From: a virus
DNA: 64,000 bases
Virus record (IMG/VR): IMGVR_UViG_3300035698_017111
Location: 64,001 to 128,000 of that record
Direction: 5' to 3' (one strand)
Shown here piece by piece: positions 28,867 to 39,900 of this stretch; position 1 is the first letter of the stretch; every line of letters starts with the position of its first letter. The translations under genes and the position numbers were made by a program. A model generated the notes under the pieces. The model was not told where the DNA came from. It saw only the letters and a list, made by a program, of their open reading frames with translations, and did no database searches.

Positions 28867-30234
28867 TTAGTCTTTTTGATGTGGTACATAGTTTTCATAT
28901 TCAGCCATCTTCTTACCTAGGGTTGTTGAACCCATAAGAATTGCTTTCATATCATCTTCGCCAGTTTGACCAATTCCATCTTGCGGGATAACAATTGCTG
29001 TTGCGAGACCGGAGTCTCCCCTATTAACTTCAGCTGTAACCTGCTTTCTGGTTTCGGCCGCTTGTTGCTTAATGACATCAAGTTCTTCAACGGCAGTTTC
29101 AATGGCGTCAATATTCATTTTTCTAACGGTATCTTCAACCTTCTGGTTGAATGTTTCCGCAGATGCGTATTTTGCGGGGTTGAGGTCTCTCAGGCTAAGT
29201 GCATAAGCATTTGCAGCCTTCTGACGCTCTGTGCGGATTTTGTAACGGCTATTTTCTACTTTAAGTTGCGAAATTTCCTCTTTTGCTTCTTTCAACTGTC
29301 TGTCCAGTTGACTAATTCGTAGATTGCTGTCCTTGGCGGCTTCTTTGTCGTCGTCGTCTTTGTCGTCGTCTTTACCTTTTTCAAGCCATGGGGGAAGTTT
29401 CTTCTTCCCTTTGTCGTCGTCTTTGTCGTCGTCGTCTTTGTCTTTTTCAAGCCATGGGGGAAGTTTCTTCTTCCCTTTGTCGGACTTCTCGTCTTTTGCG
29501 TCTTTGGATTCGTCTTTTGAGTCTTCTTTATCTTCATCACCTTCGTCTTCTTCTTCTTTAGCTATCGTAAGTTTCTGATACATTTCGGCTTCGGGACGGA
29601 CCTCAATATTGTGGTCGGCGTCTGCTGCATGATTTTCTTTTGTTCCAGCACCAGCTGGCTTCTCAGAAGGGGTGAATTCTTGTACATAGGTATCTGGTTT
29701 GTTAGAAGTAGCTTTATCACCTTCTTCAGCTTCAAACGAAGTCGAATCGGAGCCCTTCAATCCAGAATTACCTTTTGATCTTGGAACTACGTCAGTATGG
29801 GAGTCTTCTCCACCTTTACCTCTGTCATAAGTTCCATCACGAACCTCTTTTGGGTTTTTAACATCGTCTCTTCCAACATCGATTTCTGGTTTCGACTTTT
29901 TCTCATCTCTTGGAACTTTGAGATCAGGATCTGATCTGTCGCCAGAATCGGTGGGTTCGGTTTGTTTGCTGTCGGAGGTCTGAGCAGTTTTAACTTCAGC
30001 AACTGTTTTCCTATAAGTTTTAACATCATCACCCTCACCATAACGACCATAAACATGACCTGTTTTAGGATCGTACTTGACTGCAGTAAGAGTCAGTCCG
30101 TTTTTCTCTTCAGGAAGCATGGAAGTAAAATGATCCGATACTTCTGATGCAGTTGCTTTACGGACTTTGCCTTCGCCCAAGTGGACGATAACCGTACCAT
30201 TAGTAAACATGGCAGTTTTAATCTTATCAGACAT
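28867..30234 (-). CDS. scaffold-like head protein
   Basis: Acidic low-complexity region plus coiled coil; lies between the protease and the MCP. Confidence 0.55.
   Translation of the reverse strand: MSDKIKTAMFTNGTVIVHLGEGKVRKATASEVSDHFTSMLPEEKNGLTLTAVKYDPKTGHVYGRYGEGDDVKTYRKTVAEVKTAQTSDSKQTEPTDSGDRSDPDLKVPRDEKKSKPEIDVGRDDVKNPKEVRDGTYDRGKGGEDSHTDVVPRSKGNSGLKGSDSTSFEAEEGDKATSNKPDTYVQEFTPSEKPAGAGTKENHAADADHNIEVRPEAEMYQKLTIAKEEEDEGDEDKEDSKDESKDAKDEKSDKGKKKLPPWLEKDKDDDDKDDDKGKKKLPPWLEKGKDDDKDDDDKEAAKDSNLRISQLDRQLKEAKEEISQLKVENSRYKIRTERQKAANAYALSLRDLNPAKYASAETFNQKVEDTVRKMNIDAIETAVEELDVIKQQAAETRKQVTAEVNRGDSGLATAIVIPQDGIGQTGEDDMKAILMGSTTLGKKMAEYENYVPHQKD
29344..29481. repeat. tandem duplication encoding DKGKKKLPPWLEK-D/K-rich x2
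   Basis: Two copies of TTTTCAAGCCATGGGGGAAGTTTCTTCTTCCCTTTGTCG. Confidence 0.85.
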
Positions 30235-30281
30235 GTGCTTTTCTCCTCTTAATTTGAGTTACTCGAAGTCTGTATTGTAGT

Positions 30282-30308
30282 TATTCGTTAACTTCTTTTT
30301 AATTACCT
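30282..30308 (-). promoter_or_regulatory. putative late promoter AGG-N19-GAATA
   Basis: Upstream of the scaffold/MCP genes. Confidence 0.6.
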
Positions 30309-30335
30309 TTATTTTTTTAACTTTATTTCACTTTT

Positions 30336-33300
30336 TTACTCTGCTTCAACTGTAGCCTCTGGTTGAGTTTCTGTTTCTGTCTTAACTTCTTCTTCCATAG
30401 AATTTTCTTCCATTGGAAGTCGATACATCTCACCAGATTCAAGGTCCATGACGAACACGAAATCGTCTTCAATCATGCCTTCAAGATTTGATTCTTCAAC
30501 ACCCTTGGACTGTGCGACTTTCTTAATTGCGTTAGCTACAGCTGCTCCAAGGTGGTTGTCTTCTGACGAAACTGGAGTTGGGGCAATCTGGTTGTCGTCC
30601 TGGAATTCTTGGACATAACTATCGGGGTTACCAGAAGTTTGTTTATCTCCAGATTCTTCATCAAACGATACAGACTCTCCACCAATGCCATCACCAGAAC
30701 CATCACGAGGAACTACGTCAGTATGAAGATCTTTTCCACCTGGTCCAAGATCGTATGCTTCTTCTCTAACCTTGGTAGGACTATCTACATCAGGACGTTT
30801 AACATCTATTTCTGGTTTTGCTTTTTCTTCCTTGCGAGGAACGTCAAGTTTATCACCAGTAGGTTCTTCTTTTTCTGCCTGCTCACTATCAACTGGTTCT
30901 GTCTGACCAACCTCGGAAGTCTGAGCTTTTACAACCTTCTTGTCTTTGCTTGCCGTTTTGTCATCTTTGTCATCTTTGTCGTCTTTTTTACACTTTGGAT
31001 CACATTCACATGGACACTTTTTACAGGTCTTGCATGGTTTTCCACGACCTGTTCCAGGACCATCACCATCTGGTCCTGTGCCGTCTCTGTTTCGTGCGAC
31101 CTTCATCCATTCGTTGGTAGAAGCTTCCTTGGGGGTTTCTTCCTGAGGGGTAGGTTCTTGAACCTCAACACCTCTTTCAGTTCCCTGAACGACATCTTCT
31201 TCGGCAAGAGTGCTTCCGGCTGCTGTGCCGTGCATTTCTTTTGCTTCATTTTCACTATCGTTCGTATCAAGATCCACTTCGCCATCGTCTACAATGCCTT
31301 GATCCTCATCACGAGGAACATCTGCTTCTGTGTCGAGAGGCATACTAATTGCCTGTGCGACTGCAGAAAGATCCAAGTTCATTCCGGCACTCTGTGTCTG
31401 CGAACCAACCTGACCACCTCTAAGGAGTTCGGTTGTATTCTTCGACACATTATGGATATCTTCTTCTGTCATCGGTTCGGTATCTGTTTCTAATTCATCT
31501 TCTTCAACTTCCATCTCAAGACCATCACTAAAGAGGCTGTTCATGATTCCAACTTCTTCTGCCTCTGGTTCTGGTGCTTCGTCGATAATGACATCTTCTT
31601 CAACGTCTTCGCCTGGACCTTCGTCCTCTAACATTGGAGGCTCTTCGTCGGTTTCAAAAGTCTCAGTAATTTCAAGGATTTCTTCTGGGTCTCCATCTTC
31701 AGAACCTTCTCCACCAGCGACTGGCAGTTCTACTTCAACTTCGTTACCTTCAGTATCAGTAATTGAAAGTTCAATCTTCTCGATGCTATCGGAGTTAAAC
31801 GAACCAGATCCCTCACCCAACTCTTCACCTAATTCATCAACAGGCTCATCGTCAAAGATCTCTTCAAGTCCGTCATCATCTCCGAAGTCAACTGCATCTT
31901 CTTCTGTCTCGTCAATATCTTCCTCAAAATCAACACTATCGACTTCTTCTTTGTCTGTATCTTCGAAGTTTTCTTCACCGAACTGTGCTGTTTTTCTCAA
32001 GTCTTTAATCGAGGCACAGATTTCAATTGCGTCTTCATCGGCATATCCAGTGGCAACCTGATCTGACATGCAGTCAAGCCAAGGATTGTCACCAAGAACA
32101 GCTGCGATCTTCTGAATTTGTTCTCTATGTGAAAGAATCTTATGAAGAGCGTCTTTCACTTCGTCACAGTTATCACATCCTGCGTTCACTGCATAACCAC
32201 CAACGGAATTTACTTTCTCTGAGATGCTAAGGTTAGGTTCAACGGTTAAAATAACTTTCATCTTATCTTCTTCACGAGAAGCACTCACGTGGGTTTGGCA
32301 ACCACAACTCACACAGGCTCCGAAACTGTCCTTAAATGCGACCTTTTGACTACCACACTGTGGACAAATTGTTCCGATTGGCGAAAGAGCGATCTTAGAA
32401 ATCTCATCACTATCGTTTTCTGGATCAAATATTGCTTTTGTATCGGTAACAAGTTCTGCACCGCGAATAAGTCTATCTGCTGGAAGTTCCATGGAGAACT
32501 GCAACGATGCTGTTTTAATCCAATCGTTTGCTCCACCAACTGCTCCAGGTGCACCCATCTGATCTGCACCACCGGGAGCTGCCGGAGCGGGCATACCAGC
32601 TGGTTGTGCGTTAATCATTTCATTTGTTTCGTCTACTGCATCTGGCTCCATCTCTTCTTCTTCACCACCGGGCTCGCCACCTGCTATTCCTGCGTCACCG
32701 ATAACTTCAGGATTCAGGATATCGAGATTAACTGCGACAGAGTATTCAAGACCACAAGAGTTACACTTATAATCTCCACCCATTGCGTCAACATCATCTG
32801 ATGCACAGAGAGGACAAATAGAACCAAATGGTTTTGCTGCATACTCATCCATATCTCCATCTTCTGGTCCAAGTTCATCAAGACCTTCTGGAGCTGGGGC
32901 ACCAAGAGACTCGACACCAGCACCTGGAGCAGGCATTCCACCCATATCAGGTGCTCCCTGAGGAGCTGGCATTGTAGTACCGGCTGGGCTTTGTGCCAAA
33001 CGTTCTAATTTCTCTTTAGTACCTGCGGCGAGTTCTGTTCCAACTGGCTCTTCCATGGCAGGAGCTTGATCAACCATCTTATTTCCTGGTTGTGGTGCTT
33101 CTTGCATGTTATTTCTTGAGTCGTATGACTGAGGTGTATGTTCTTTTTCAACAGTCGATGTAAACGTTGCTGTTGCTTTGACATTACCAACCTGATCAAT
33201 TTCGATGTTATTTAACGAAACATCTTCTTTACCCTTAAGGATGCTTCCAGAAAGCCAATTTCTAATAGCTGCTCTTCCTTCAGGAGTATTTGCCTGATCG

Positions 33301-35933
33301 GAACTATTTAAACCGGCTTCGGATAACTGAAACATAATAGTTGTTTCGTTGCTCTGCACGTCTGAGATATTTGCTGCATGAATTTTTTTCCATGCATCTC
33401 TGATGGAAGCTTCTCTTGATTCCTCAACGGTTTCATCTTTAACCTGATTCTTGGCGATGTTTTTAAGTTCTTCAATCTTCTCATCGGCAAGCTTCGAAAC
33501 TTCGTCGGACAATGCCTGTGGGTCTTCGTACATGACCTTGATTGTCTCTTCAAGAAGTGGGCTAATTGACTCTACATCATCAATTTGTTCCGAGATAGCC
33601 TTTTCGGCAATGTCGGAAACGTCATTAATAGTAAGTTGAGCTTTCTTAGAAATGCTCTCTTTCGGAGACTGTATTCCGGCGACCTTGATCGGAGCAGCAC
33701 TGAGAGTTTTCGGAGAAATTCTTTCACTAACGACAACATTGGAGAGACCAGTAAGTATTGCTTGTATGACAGTATCGGCAGCAGATGCGTTATGTGGGGA
33801 AGCGTCGGAAGCGATTGGACTGTCTGTACCTTGACGATGTCCTTCGAGCTGTCCTTCGCCAACTTCATCTGCGGCTTTGCCGAGACGATCTTTGCCTTCA
33901 AACTGTTCTTCAGTAATAGGCAATTTATCACCGTCACGAGCTTCTTCATCCCATCTATCTGCAGTTCCACCGTTTTCAGCAAGCTGACGTTCACCGACTT
34001 CTTTTGGTGTAGCTTGATCTGATTCGTCACGGTCTGAACCGAAGTTTGTTGGGCGAGAAGTGTCGAGCTGGGTTTCTGTGACTTCAAGGTTTTCTTTAAT
34101 ACCGTCAGGTCTTACCCTGCTGAAATCACCCTTACCAGTTTCTGGAGTCTGTTTGATGTCTTCCAACTGTTTTTCAGTTGTGACACCAACTTGGCCAGTG
34201 GCCAAAGACTCATCATTCTTTCTTTCGAAGTTCCCACTCAGTCCCTCAAGTTGACTCTCTCCGACTTCGTCAACAGGAGGTGCATTGGTTAGGAGGGCTT
34301 CTTGTGTAATTTTTTGGTCTTTTGCACTCATTTTAATCTCTCCATTTTCAAAATATTTGTTTGACAACTGTTCGATTAATCTTCCAGCCATAACTTGCGG
34401 ATTTACTTTCATCAAAGAAACAAGCTCATCTCCCAGTTGTTCTGCAGTAAGAATTGCAACTTCTTTTCCACTAACAGATCCCTTAATCCCCTTGTTGGGG
34501 TCAAGAGTCACAGAGTAAGGGCCATCCACGATAATCATTGGTTCTTCCTCTGAAGCTTGCTTCTCCAAAATGTCAGCAAATTTTCCACTAATCTGGTTGC
34601 TTGCAACCATTCTTGCTTTTTCTTTGGAAGTAGGCATATTATCGGTTCTCCTTGAACACTCTGTTTTAAGGGCAGTAATCCCTCTAACTAAGTTATTTAA
34701 TTCTGACTTCAATGTACTTAATCCCTCTATGTAATTAGCTGTTTTGATATTTCTTTCACTCGACATAGTCGGTGTAAGAGGGGGTGCTGCACCTGGGGCA
34801 GCGGGAGCGGGTGCTGCGGGAGCTTGTGCTGCGGGAGCTGCAGGAGCCGCCGGAGCTGAATCTTCTGGAGTTGCTTCTGGCATTCCTAATCCTCCACCAG
34901 CATCTCCACCACCTTGCTCTGGAGTGGCATTTTCTTCTCCACCTTGATTGGCAAATCCTGCTTCCACCAGGTCGAGGATCAGGTTCTGTAGATCCGAAAG
35001 CAGGCCACCAATCTCTTCTAAGAACTCAAAGTCAACATCTTTTGAGCCCAATATTTGTTCAGCAACTTCTCTAAGTAGATCAAGGGACCTGTTGAGTTTG
35101 TCAACATCTTCTCCTCTTGCGGTTCTACTAATAGAAGCAACTTTCTTCAATCCGACTAAACTATCATTACCTTCCCTCAGAACACTGGTAAGTTTATCAA
35201 GTAGTTCAGGTCCAGTAAATACATTTTGAACGGTACAGTTTTCACATGCACCGTCTGTTACAGCACTGAGTTCAATAAACTTAATGCCATAATTTGATTC
35301 ATAGACCTTCTTACCCTTAATTGTTTTACCTTTATGACTTCGAACGTGTGAGCAGTAGTCAGCTTCAGTGGATGCTCTATTCTTACAAACAGAACAAACA
35401 CTTTCTTTTACCGCACAACCCATGGAAACGTCATTAATGTATCCTTGACGTATACCTCTTGCTAATTCTGGATACGCTTTAGCGTCAACCATTGTGTCGG
35501 TATAGATACAATGGTTATCTAAATCGTAGAATGCAGAAACGATTTTTCCCTTGGCTTGTTCAATGTCATCATTTTTATGGTTGGTAAAGAAGGCACAATT
35601 GACAAAAGTCTCAAAAGCCTTCAGACCAGTCTCTTCACAAACTGATAAAAGTTCTTCTTCTGAGAAATAATCACCATTATCATTCGCACCATGAAACATT
35701 TCACCAGTGGCATCTGATCCACCAGCATCAATGGCACGGGCACGAAAAATAATCCATTCTTCTGGATTCCTGTCCTCTAGTTCGGAAACTAGATTAAGTG
35801 AATTAGAAGCATGGAGAAGGTTTTCACTGATATCATGCTTAATGAATGCCATTCTCTTAGGCCCATGAAGCAATATGTCCCGATCAATTGTAGATGAGGC
35901 AATAATTCTAAGATTGGCTGTCTTATAAATCAT
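30336..35933 (-). CDS. prohead protease fused to a long acidic scaffold with Zn ribbons (1865 aa)
   Basis: NDNGDYF, FTNHKN, DVSMGC..CSVC..CSH, FIELSAV; position between the portal and the MCP. Confidence 0.75.
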   Translation of the reverse strand: MIYKTANLRIIASSTIDRDILLHGPKRMAFIKHDISENLLHASNSLNLVSELEDRNPEEWIIFRARAIDAGGSDATGEMFHGANDNGDYFSEEELLSVCEETGLKAFETFVNCAFFTNHKNDDIEQAKGKIVSAFYDLDNHCIYTDTMVDAKAYPELARGIRQGYINDVSMGCAVKESVCSVCKNRASTEADYCSHVRSHKGKTIKGKKVYESNYGIKFIELSAVTDGACENCTVQNVFTGPELLDKLTSVLREGNDSLVGLKKVASISRTARGEDVDKLNRSLDLLREVAEQILGSKDVDFEFLEEIGGLLSDLQNLILDLVEAGFANQGGEENATPEQGGGDAGGGLGMPEATPEDSAPAAPAAPAAQAPAAPAPAAPGAAPPLTPTMSSERNIKTANYIEGLSTLKSELNNLVRGITALKTECSRRTDNMPTSKEKARMVASNQISGKFADILEKQASEEEPMIIVDGPYSVTLDPNKGIKGSVSGKEVAILTAEQLGDELVSLMKVNPQVMAGRLIEQLSNKYFENGEIKMSAKDQKITQEALLTNAPPVDEVGESQLEGLSGNFERKNDESLATGQVGVTTEKQLEDIKQTPETGKGDFSRVRPDGIKENLEVTETQLDTSRPTNFGSDRDESDQATPKEVGERQLAENGGTADRWDEEARDGDKLPITEEQFEGKDRLGKAADEVGEGQLEGHRQGTDSPIASDASPHNASAADTVIQAILTGLSNVVVSERISPKTLSAAPIKVAGIQSPKESISKKAQLTINDVSDIAEKAISEQIDDVESISPLLEETIKVMYEDPQALSDEVSKLADEKIEELKNIAKNQVKDETVEESREASIRDAWKKIHAANISDVQSNETTIMFQLSEAGLNSSDQANTPEGRAAIRNWLSGSILKGKEDVSLNNIEIDQVGNVKATATFTSTVEKEHTPQSYDSRNNMQEAPQPGNKMVDQAPAMEEPVGTELAAGTKEKLERLAQSPAGTTMPAPQGAPDMGGMPAPGAGVESLGAPAPEGLDELGPEDGDMDEYAAKPFGSICPLCASDDVDAMGGDYKCNSCGLEYSVAVNLDILNPEVIGDAGIAGGEPGGEEEEMEPDAVDETNEMINAQPAGMPAPAAPGGADQMGAPGAVGGANDWIKTASLQFSMELPADRLIRGAELVTDTKAIFDPENDSDEISKIALSPIGTICPQCGSQKVAFKDSFGACVSCGCQTHVSASREEDKMKVILTVEPNLSISEKVNSVGGYAVNAGCDNCDEVKDALHKILSHREQIQKIAAVLGDNPWLDCMSDQVATGYADEDAIEICASIKDLRKTAQFGEENFEDTDKEEVDSVDFEEDIDETEEDAVDFGDDDGLEEIFDDEPVDELGEELGEGSGSFNSDSIEKIELSITDTEGNEVEVELPVAGGEGSEDGDPEEILEITETFETDEEPPMLEDEGPGEDVEEDVIIDEAPEPEAEEVGIMNSLFSDGLEMEVEEDELETDTEPMTEEDIHNVSKNTTELLRGGQVGSQTQSAGMNLDLSAVAQAISMPLDTEADVPRDEDQGIVDDGEVDLDTNDSENEAKEMHGTAAGSTLAEEDVVQGTERGVEVQEPTPQEETPKEASTNEWMKVARNRDGTGPDGDGPGTGRGKPCKTCKKCPCECDPKCKKDDKDDKDDKTASKDKKVVKAQTSEVGQTEPVDSEQAEKEEPTGDKLDVPRKEEKAKPEIDVKRPDVDSPTKVREEAYDLGPGGKDLHTDVVPRDGSGDGIGGESVSFDEESGDKQTSGNPDSYVQEFQDDNQIAPTPVSSEDNHLGAAVANAIKKVAQSKGVEESNLEGMIEDDFVFVMDLESGEMYRLPMEENSMEEEVKTETETQPEATVEAE

Positions 35934-35945
35934 ATGTGATTCTCG

Positions 35946-36083
35946 CTATTGTATTTCAGCAGCAGTCGTAAAGTCAGTTACGAGGGCAGAGGCATGCTCT
36001 GTTCCTAATAACTGCTTTAGATACTGATGAAGCTTCACCCTATCCCCATCAGATAATTCTGAAATTTTGACGAATCCACCCAT
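35946..36083 (-). CDS. 45-aa microprotein (MGGFVKISELSDGDRVKL...)
   Basis: AGGAG RBS; paralog of the adjacent microprotein; below the ORF-track cutoff. Confidence 0.75.
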   Translation of the reverse strand: MGGFVKISELSDGDRVKLHQYLKQLLGTEHASALVTDFTTAAEIQ

Positions 36084-36098
36084 TGATGGGTTCTCCTA

Positions 36099-36269
36099 TT
36101 AAGCCTTTGTTTCTTTCGAGGAGGCCTCAACATCGATAGCTTTTCCATCTGGTTTGAAGTCAGTCGTAAGGGCACCTGCGAATTCACTGCCCCACAATTC
36201 ACCCCAATACTTACGGAGTTTTGTTCTGTCTTTTCCAGAAAGCTCAGATACTTTAACAAACTGTTCCAT
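36099..36269 (-). CDS. 56-aa microprotein (MEQFVKVSELSGKDRTKL...)
   Basis: AAGGAG RBS; paralog of the adjacent microprotein. Confidence 0.75.
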   Translation of the reverse strand: MEQFVKVSELSGKDRTKLRKYWGELWGSEFAGALTTDFKPDGKAIDVEASSKETKA

Positions 36270-36433
36270 TGTGATTCTCCTTAATCGGATTATTGAAGAT
36301 AGAAAACCAATGTTCCTGATACTTCTTTGTCAAGAACACTGAGATAACCCTTTCTCTATTCAATTTACGGAAAACTAAATCGTTTTCCCTTTATTATTTT
36401 TGATTATCTGCATTTTTTTTAGTATTAATTTTA

Positions 36434-36823
36434 TTAGAACGATTCAAACTTCCTATACAACCAAACATTCACACTCGTTGCACCAGATGCTAATTTAATT
36501 CTAATCCATGGATATGGTAAATTGGTTGCATACGAATCTGTAGAACCACTAAGGGTCATTGAATCTATTTCATGCCACAAGCCAGATTGCGGAGAGGCAC
36601 TTGCTTCAACAGTTACGTCTCCTGTTCCATCTGCCATTACAACAAATCCACTAGATCTCATTGTTCTAAAAGGTCCACCATATGTGTCAACAGAAGCATT
36701 GGCATCTGCGAATACTTGCAGTTCAGGTGCATCTTTTTTAGCATGGACATCTGTCCAATTGCCAAATCTGGGATCTGTAGTGGGATTTATATCTCCCCTG
36801 GGTCCTGGTTGTCCACTAGCCAT
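36434..36823 (-). CDS. hypothetical, probably virion protein
   Basis: GAGGAG RBS; AGG-N19-GAACC upstream at 36864-36890. Confidence 0.65.
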   Translation of the reverse strand: MASGQPGPRGDINPTTDPRFGNWTDVHAKKDAPELQVFADANASVDTYGGPFRTMRSSGFVVMADGTGDVTVEASASPQSGLWHEIDSMTLSGSTDSYATNLPYPWIRIKLASGATSVNVWLYRKFESF

Positions 36824-36910
36824 TCTAATATCTCCTCAGTAAGATCCGTTCTTATGCGTATAAGGTTCACTAATAACTTCGTGTTTCCCTTTATTTATTG
36901 CAATATATTT

Positions 36911-39900
36911 TTACATTGTTTGATCTGTAGATTTTGCTTTGACGACTTGTATTATTTTTGCAACTACATCATTGATATTGAAATTAATTTCATCTTCAGT
37001 GAACCTTAATACTTCCCAACCGAATCCTGCTAATCTAGAGTCTCTATCGGTATCTTTTTCTATGTCCTCTGGCATTGAATGAAATCTTTTACCATCGGAT
37101 TCAACAATAACCTTTTGTATAGGAAAAAAACCATCAACTGTTACCTTTGCCATATGTACTGGTTCTGGTTTTTGTTGTGCTTGAAAGTCTATAGGTAAGT
37201 TGCCAGTTTTCTGTGCTTCTTCAATACCGGAATATAGTTTTTGCTCAATAGACGTGAGACGAAACATTCCAGTACGAGGACCAACTACCCATTCATTGTC
37301 AAGGTTTTCACCTGCTTGTTGCGGCGGCTGCTTAGGTTCCATAGGTGGTTTCATTTTGCGTTTATTCGGACGCCTAACAGAAGGCTCCATCTCTACAGCC
37401 TGTTCGTAACTTTTCATTTGAGTGTCGTGTGCCATAGAAGCACCTGATGGAGCTCCACCGCCTGCGGCACCACCACCACCCGACATAGATGGTGCAAGAG
37501 AATCACCTGGTAAACCAGGACCAGATTGTCCACCTGGCAAATTACCACTATTTTCATCCTGAGGCATACCACCACTGCCAAGACCGCTACTACCGCCACC
37601 ACCAAAACCTGATCCCATACCGCCTGGACCATCCTGACCACCTTGCATTTGTGGGGCAATGCCGAGTTGTTGTTGATAAGCTTGTTCGAGACGAACTCTT
37701 TCAGTTTCTATATCGTAATCAATATTCATTTTTTCACAGAGGAACTGTGTTGAGACAACACCCTTGTCCCAAAGTTGAATGTAGGTATTGTTCTTTTGTG
37801 TCTCATCTCTAAGGTTAAGGTCATTCCACTTAATCTCTGGATAATCAAGTATTTTCTTGCCACTTTTTGATTCGGTATAAAAACCACGCATCCTTGCTTC
37901 TGTTTTGTATACTTTGTCTGTGATCCAAAATGCCAATAGACCCTGAATCATAACCAATCGTTTAATTGTTGCCTCAATACCAATAGCAGCTTGAGAATAA
38001 CTAGGTCCAGTACCACTTAAGAGAGCTTCATTCACACCAAGACCCTTAATGAGTGCTTTATCAATTAATTCATATTCTTTAGTTAACTGAAGAACCTTAC
38101 CAGCGGCTCCAACCCATTGAAAATCAAAAGCATGGTGTGTCACAAGTGTAAGGTTTGGATCATTAGCAGTAACTGCTAATTGTCTCTGGGTATCACCAAT
38201 ATCATTCGGTCCAGCAGGACGTTGATCGTTACCAATCTTACAAACCTTAACTGGTAGAATATGTCTCTCTGCCACAATCCACTGTGCCTGTCTTAATTTA
38301 TCTTGATATGCGAGGACTGGGAACAGAGGAGCAATTAAACTACGACCATAAGCCTGATATGGGATTTCATCATGCTTTAAGTGAGTAATGGCATTTGAAC
38401 TAAGTGGAATTGGTTGTTGTGCTAGAATTAATCTTCTAAGATTCTCTGGAATCTGTGCATAGATTTCTGCTGGCTGTTTGTTCCAAACGATCTGCTTCAG
38501 TGTATCGTCTGGAATAAGAGATATAATGGGTTCGGTAGGAATGAGTGGATTCATTTTAACATCAATCCAATCAGGATTCATAACAGAGACACTGGCTATT
38601 TGTGAATCTTCGTGATTACATGGTTCTCCATTCTTTTTCTTTCCAAAACCACCACATTCTTCACAGGAAATAGACACGAACGGAAATGCGTCTCCCATGC
38701 AGAAATACTCAAATGCAATAAGGGGCAACCATTTCTCTAATCTAAGTCTTTTCTTTAAGTTGTCAAAATGTTCTTTCCTAATAGGATCACCAATTACATT
38801 TTCAAAACCTGCAAATGGGAATTGTGAATAAAATCTAAGAGATGAGGCAATGGTTGGATCGTTTTGTGCGAAAAACCTACAATTAGAAACCTTAAATCCA
38901 GAACATAAATAACTTCTTTCTGGATCAATCTGTAGATCATACCCAACACCAGTATAAAGATATTTCTCAATCTTTTCTATTGGTTGTGCGAAATATTCAT
39001 TCCCGTCTTCGTCTTTGGTAAAAAATCTGAGAACACGATCATGACCGTCATATTCGAAATCTTCAGGTATCTTGTTAGACTTCATGTACGGTCTGATCTT
39101 ATGAACCTCTGAGGCGGGAACAAAAATACGATAGACCCAAGTTCCGATCCTACCCATAGAATCTTCAAATCGCTCATATCTATTCAGAGTGCAAGAGATG
39201 CCACACATCAATAACATGAAATATAACTGATCCGCCATATCTTTACTGGAGTTATTAGCAACAAGTTTGTTCTGTGTCTTTGTGAAACTACCATCACCAT
39301 CAAAGTATCCACCAAGTACGTGAAGCATTTGTTCACGGTTAAGATGCGTGATTTCCTCGGTAAATTTCTTGTTAGAAAGTTTACCTACAATAAATCGTTT
39401 ATAATCAGAAAAATATCCCTTAATAAATTTTGCTATTCTAGTGCATGATTTTCCATGTTTATATTTATTGTAATTGGGTATTAGATTTTCAACAACTGGC
39501 AAAAATAAATTTAATTCATCATTGTTGATGTTTAGATATATGGCGTCGTCATAAACAGTTCCATCGGCTATGCAAAGCCCAACAGACCATAAAAAATCAT
39601 CTGTCGCAGTCAAAAACACAGAGTTGTATCCGTATTTTTCTTCTTTAAATTTTGGGATAGGAGTTAATAGAAAATCTTTAAGTACGGCTTCATCGGCACG
39701 GATTCTTTTTATTGGCCAGTTTTCAGATTGAATAAAATCTTTTTTAGGATACGGACCTTTCTTGCCTTCTCGATATAATTTATCACCATATCTTTTTACT
39801 GCATTTTTAAGAGGCTTAGATTCAATGCAAAAAAGATTATGTTCTTCGGATATTTCTAGTTCATGATAATACCCAGAACATTTAATCTTAACAAACGTTT

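Noticed and set aside
30578-35229. Many plus-strand Ser/Phe-rich ORFs
   Set aside because: These are antisense shadows of the acidic protease/scaffold gene.
36035-36259. 74-aa ORF from the supplied track
   Set aside because: It is in the wrong frame; two RBS-led paralogous microproteins explain the region.
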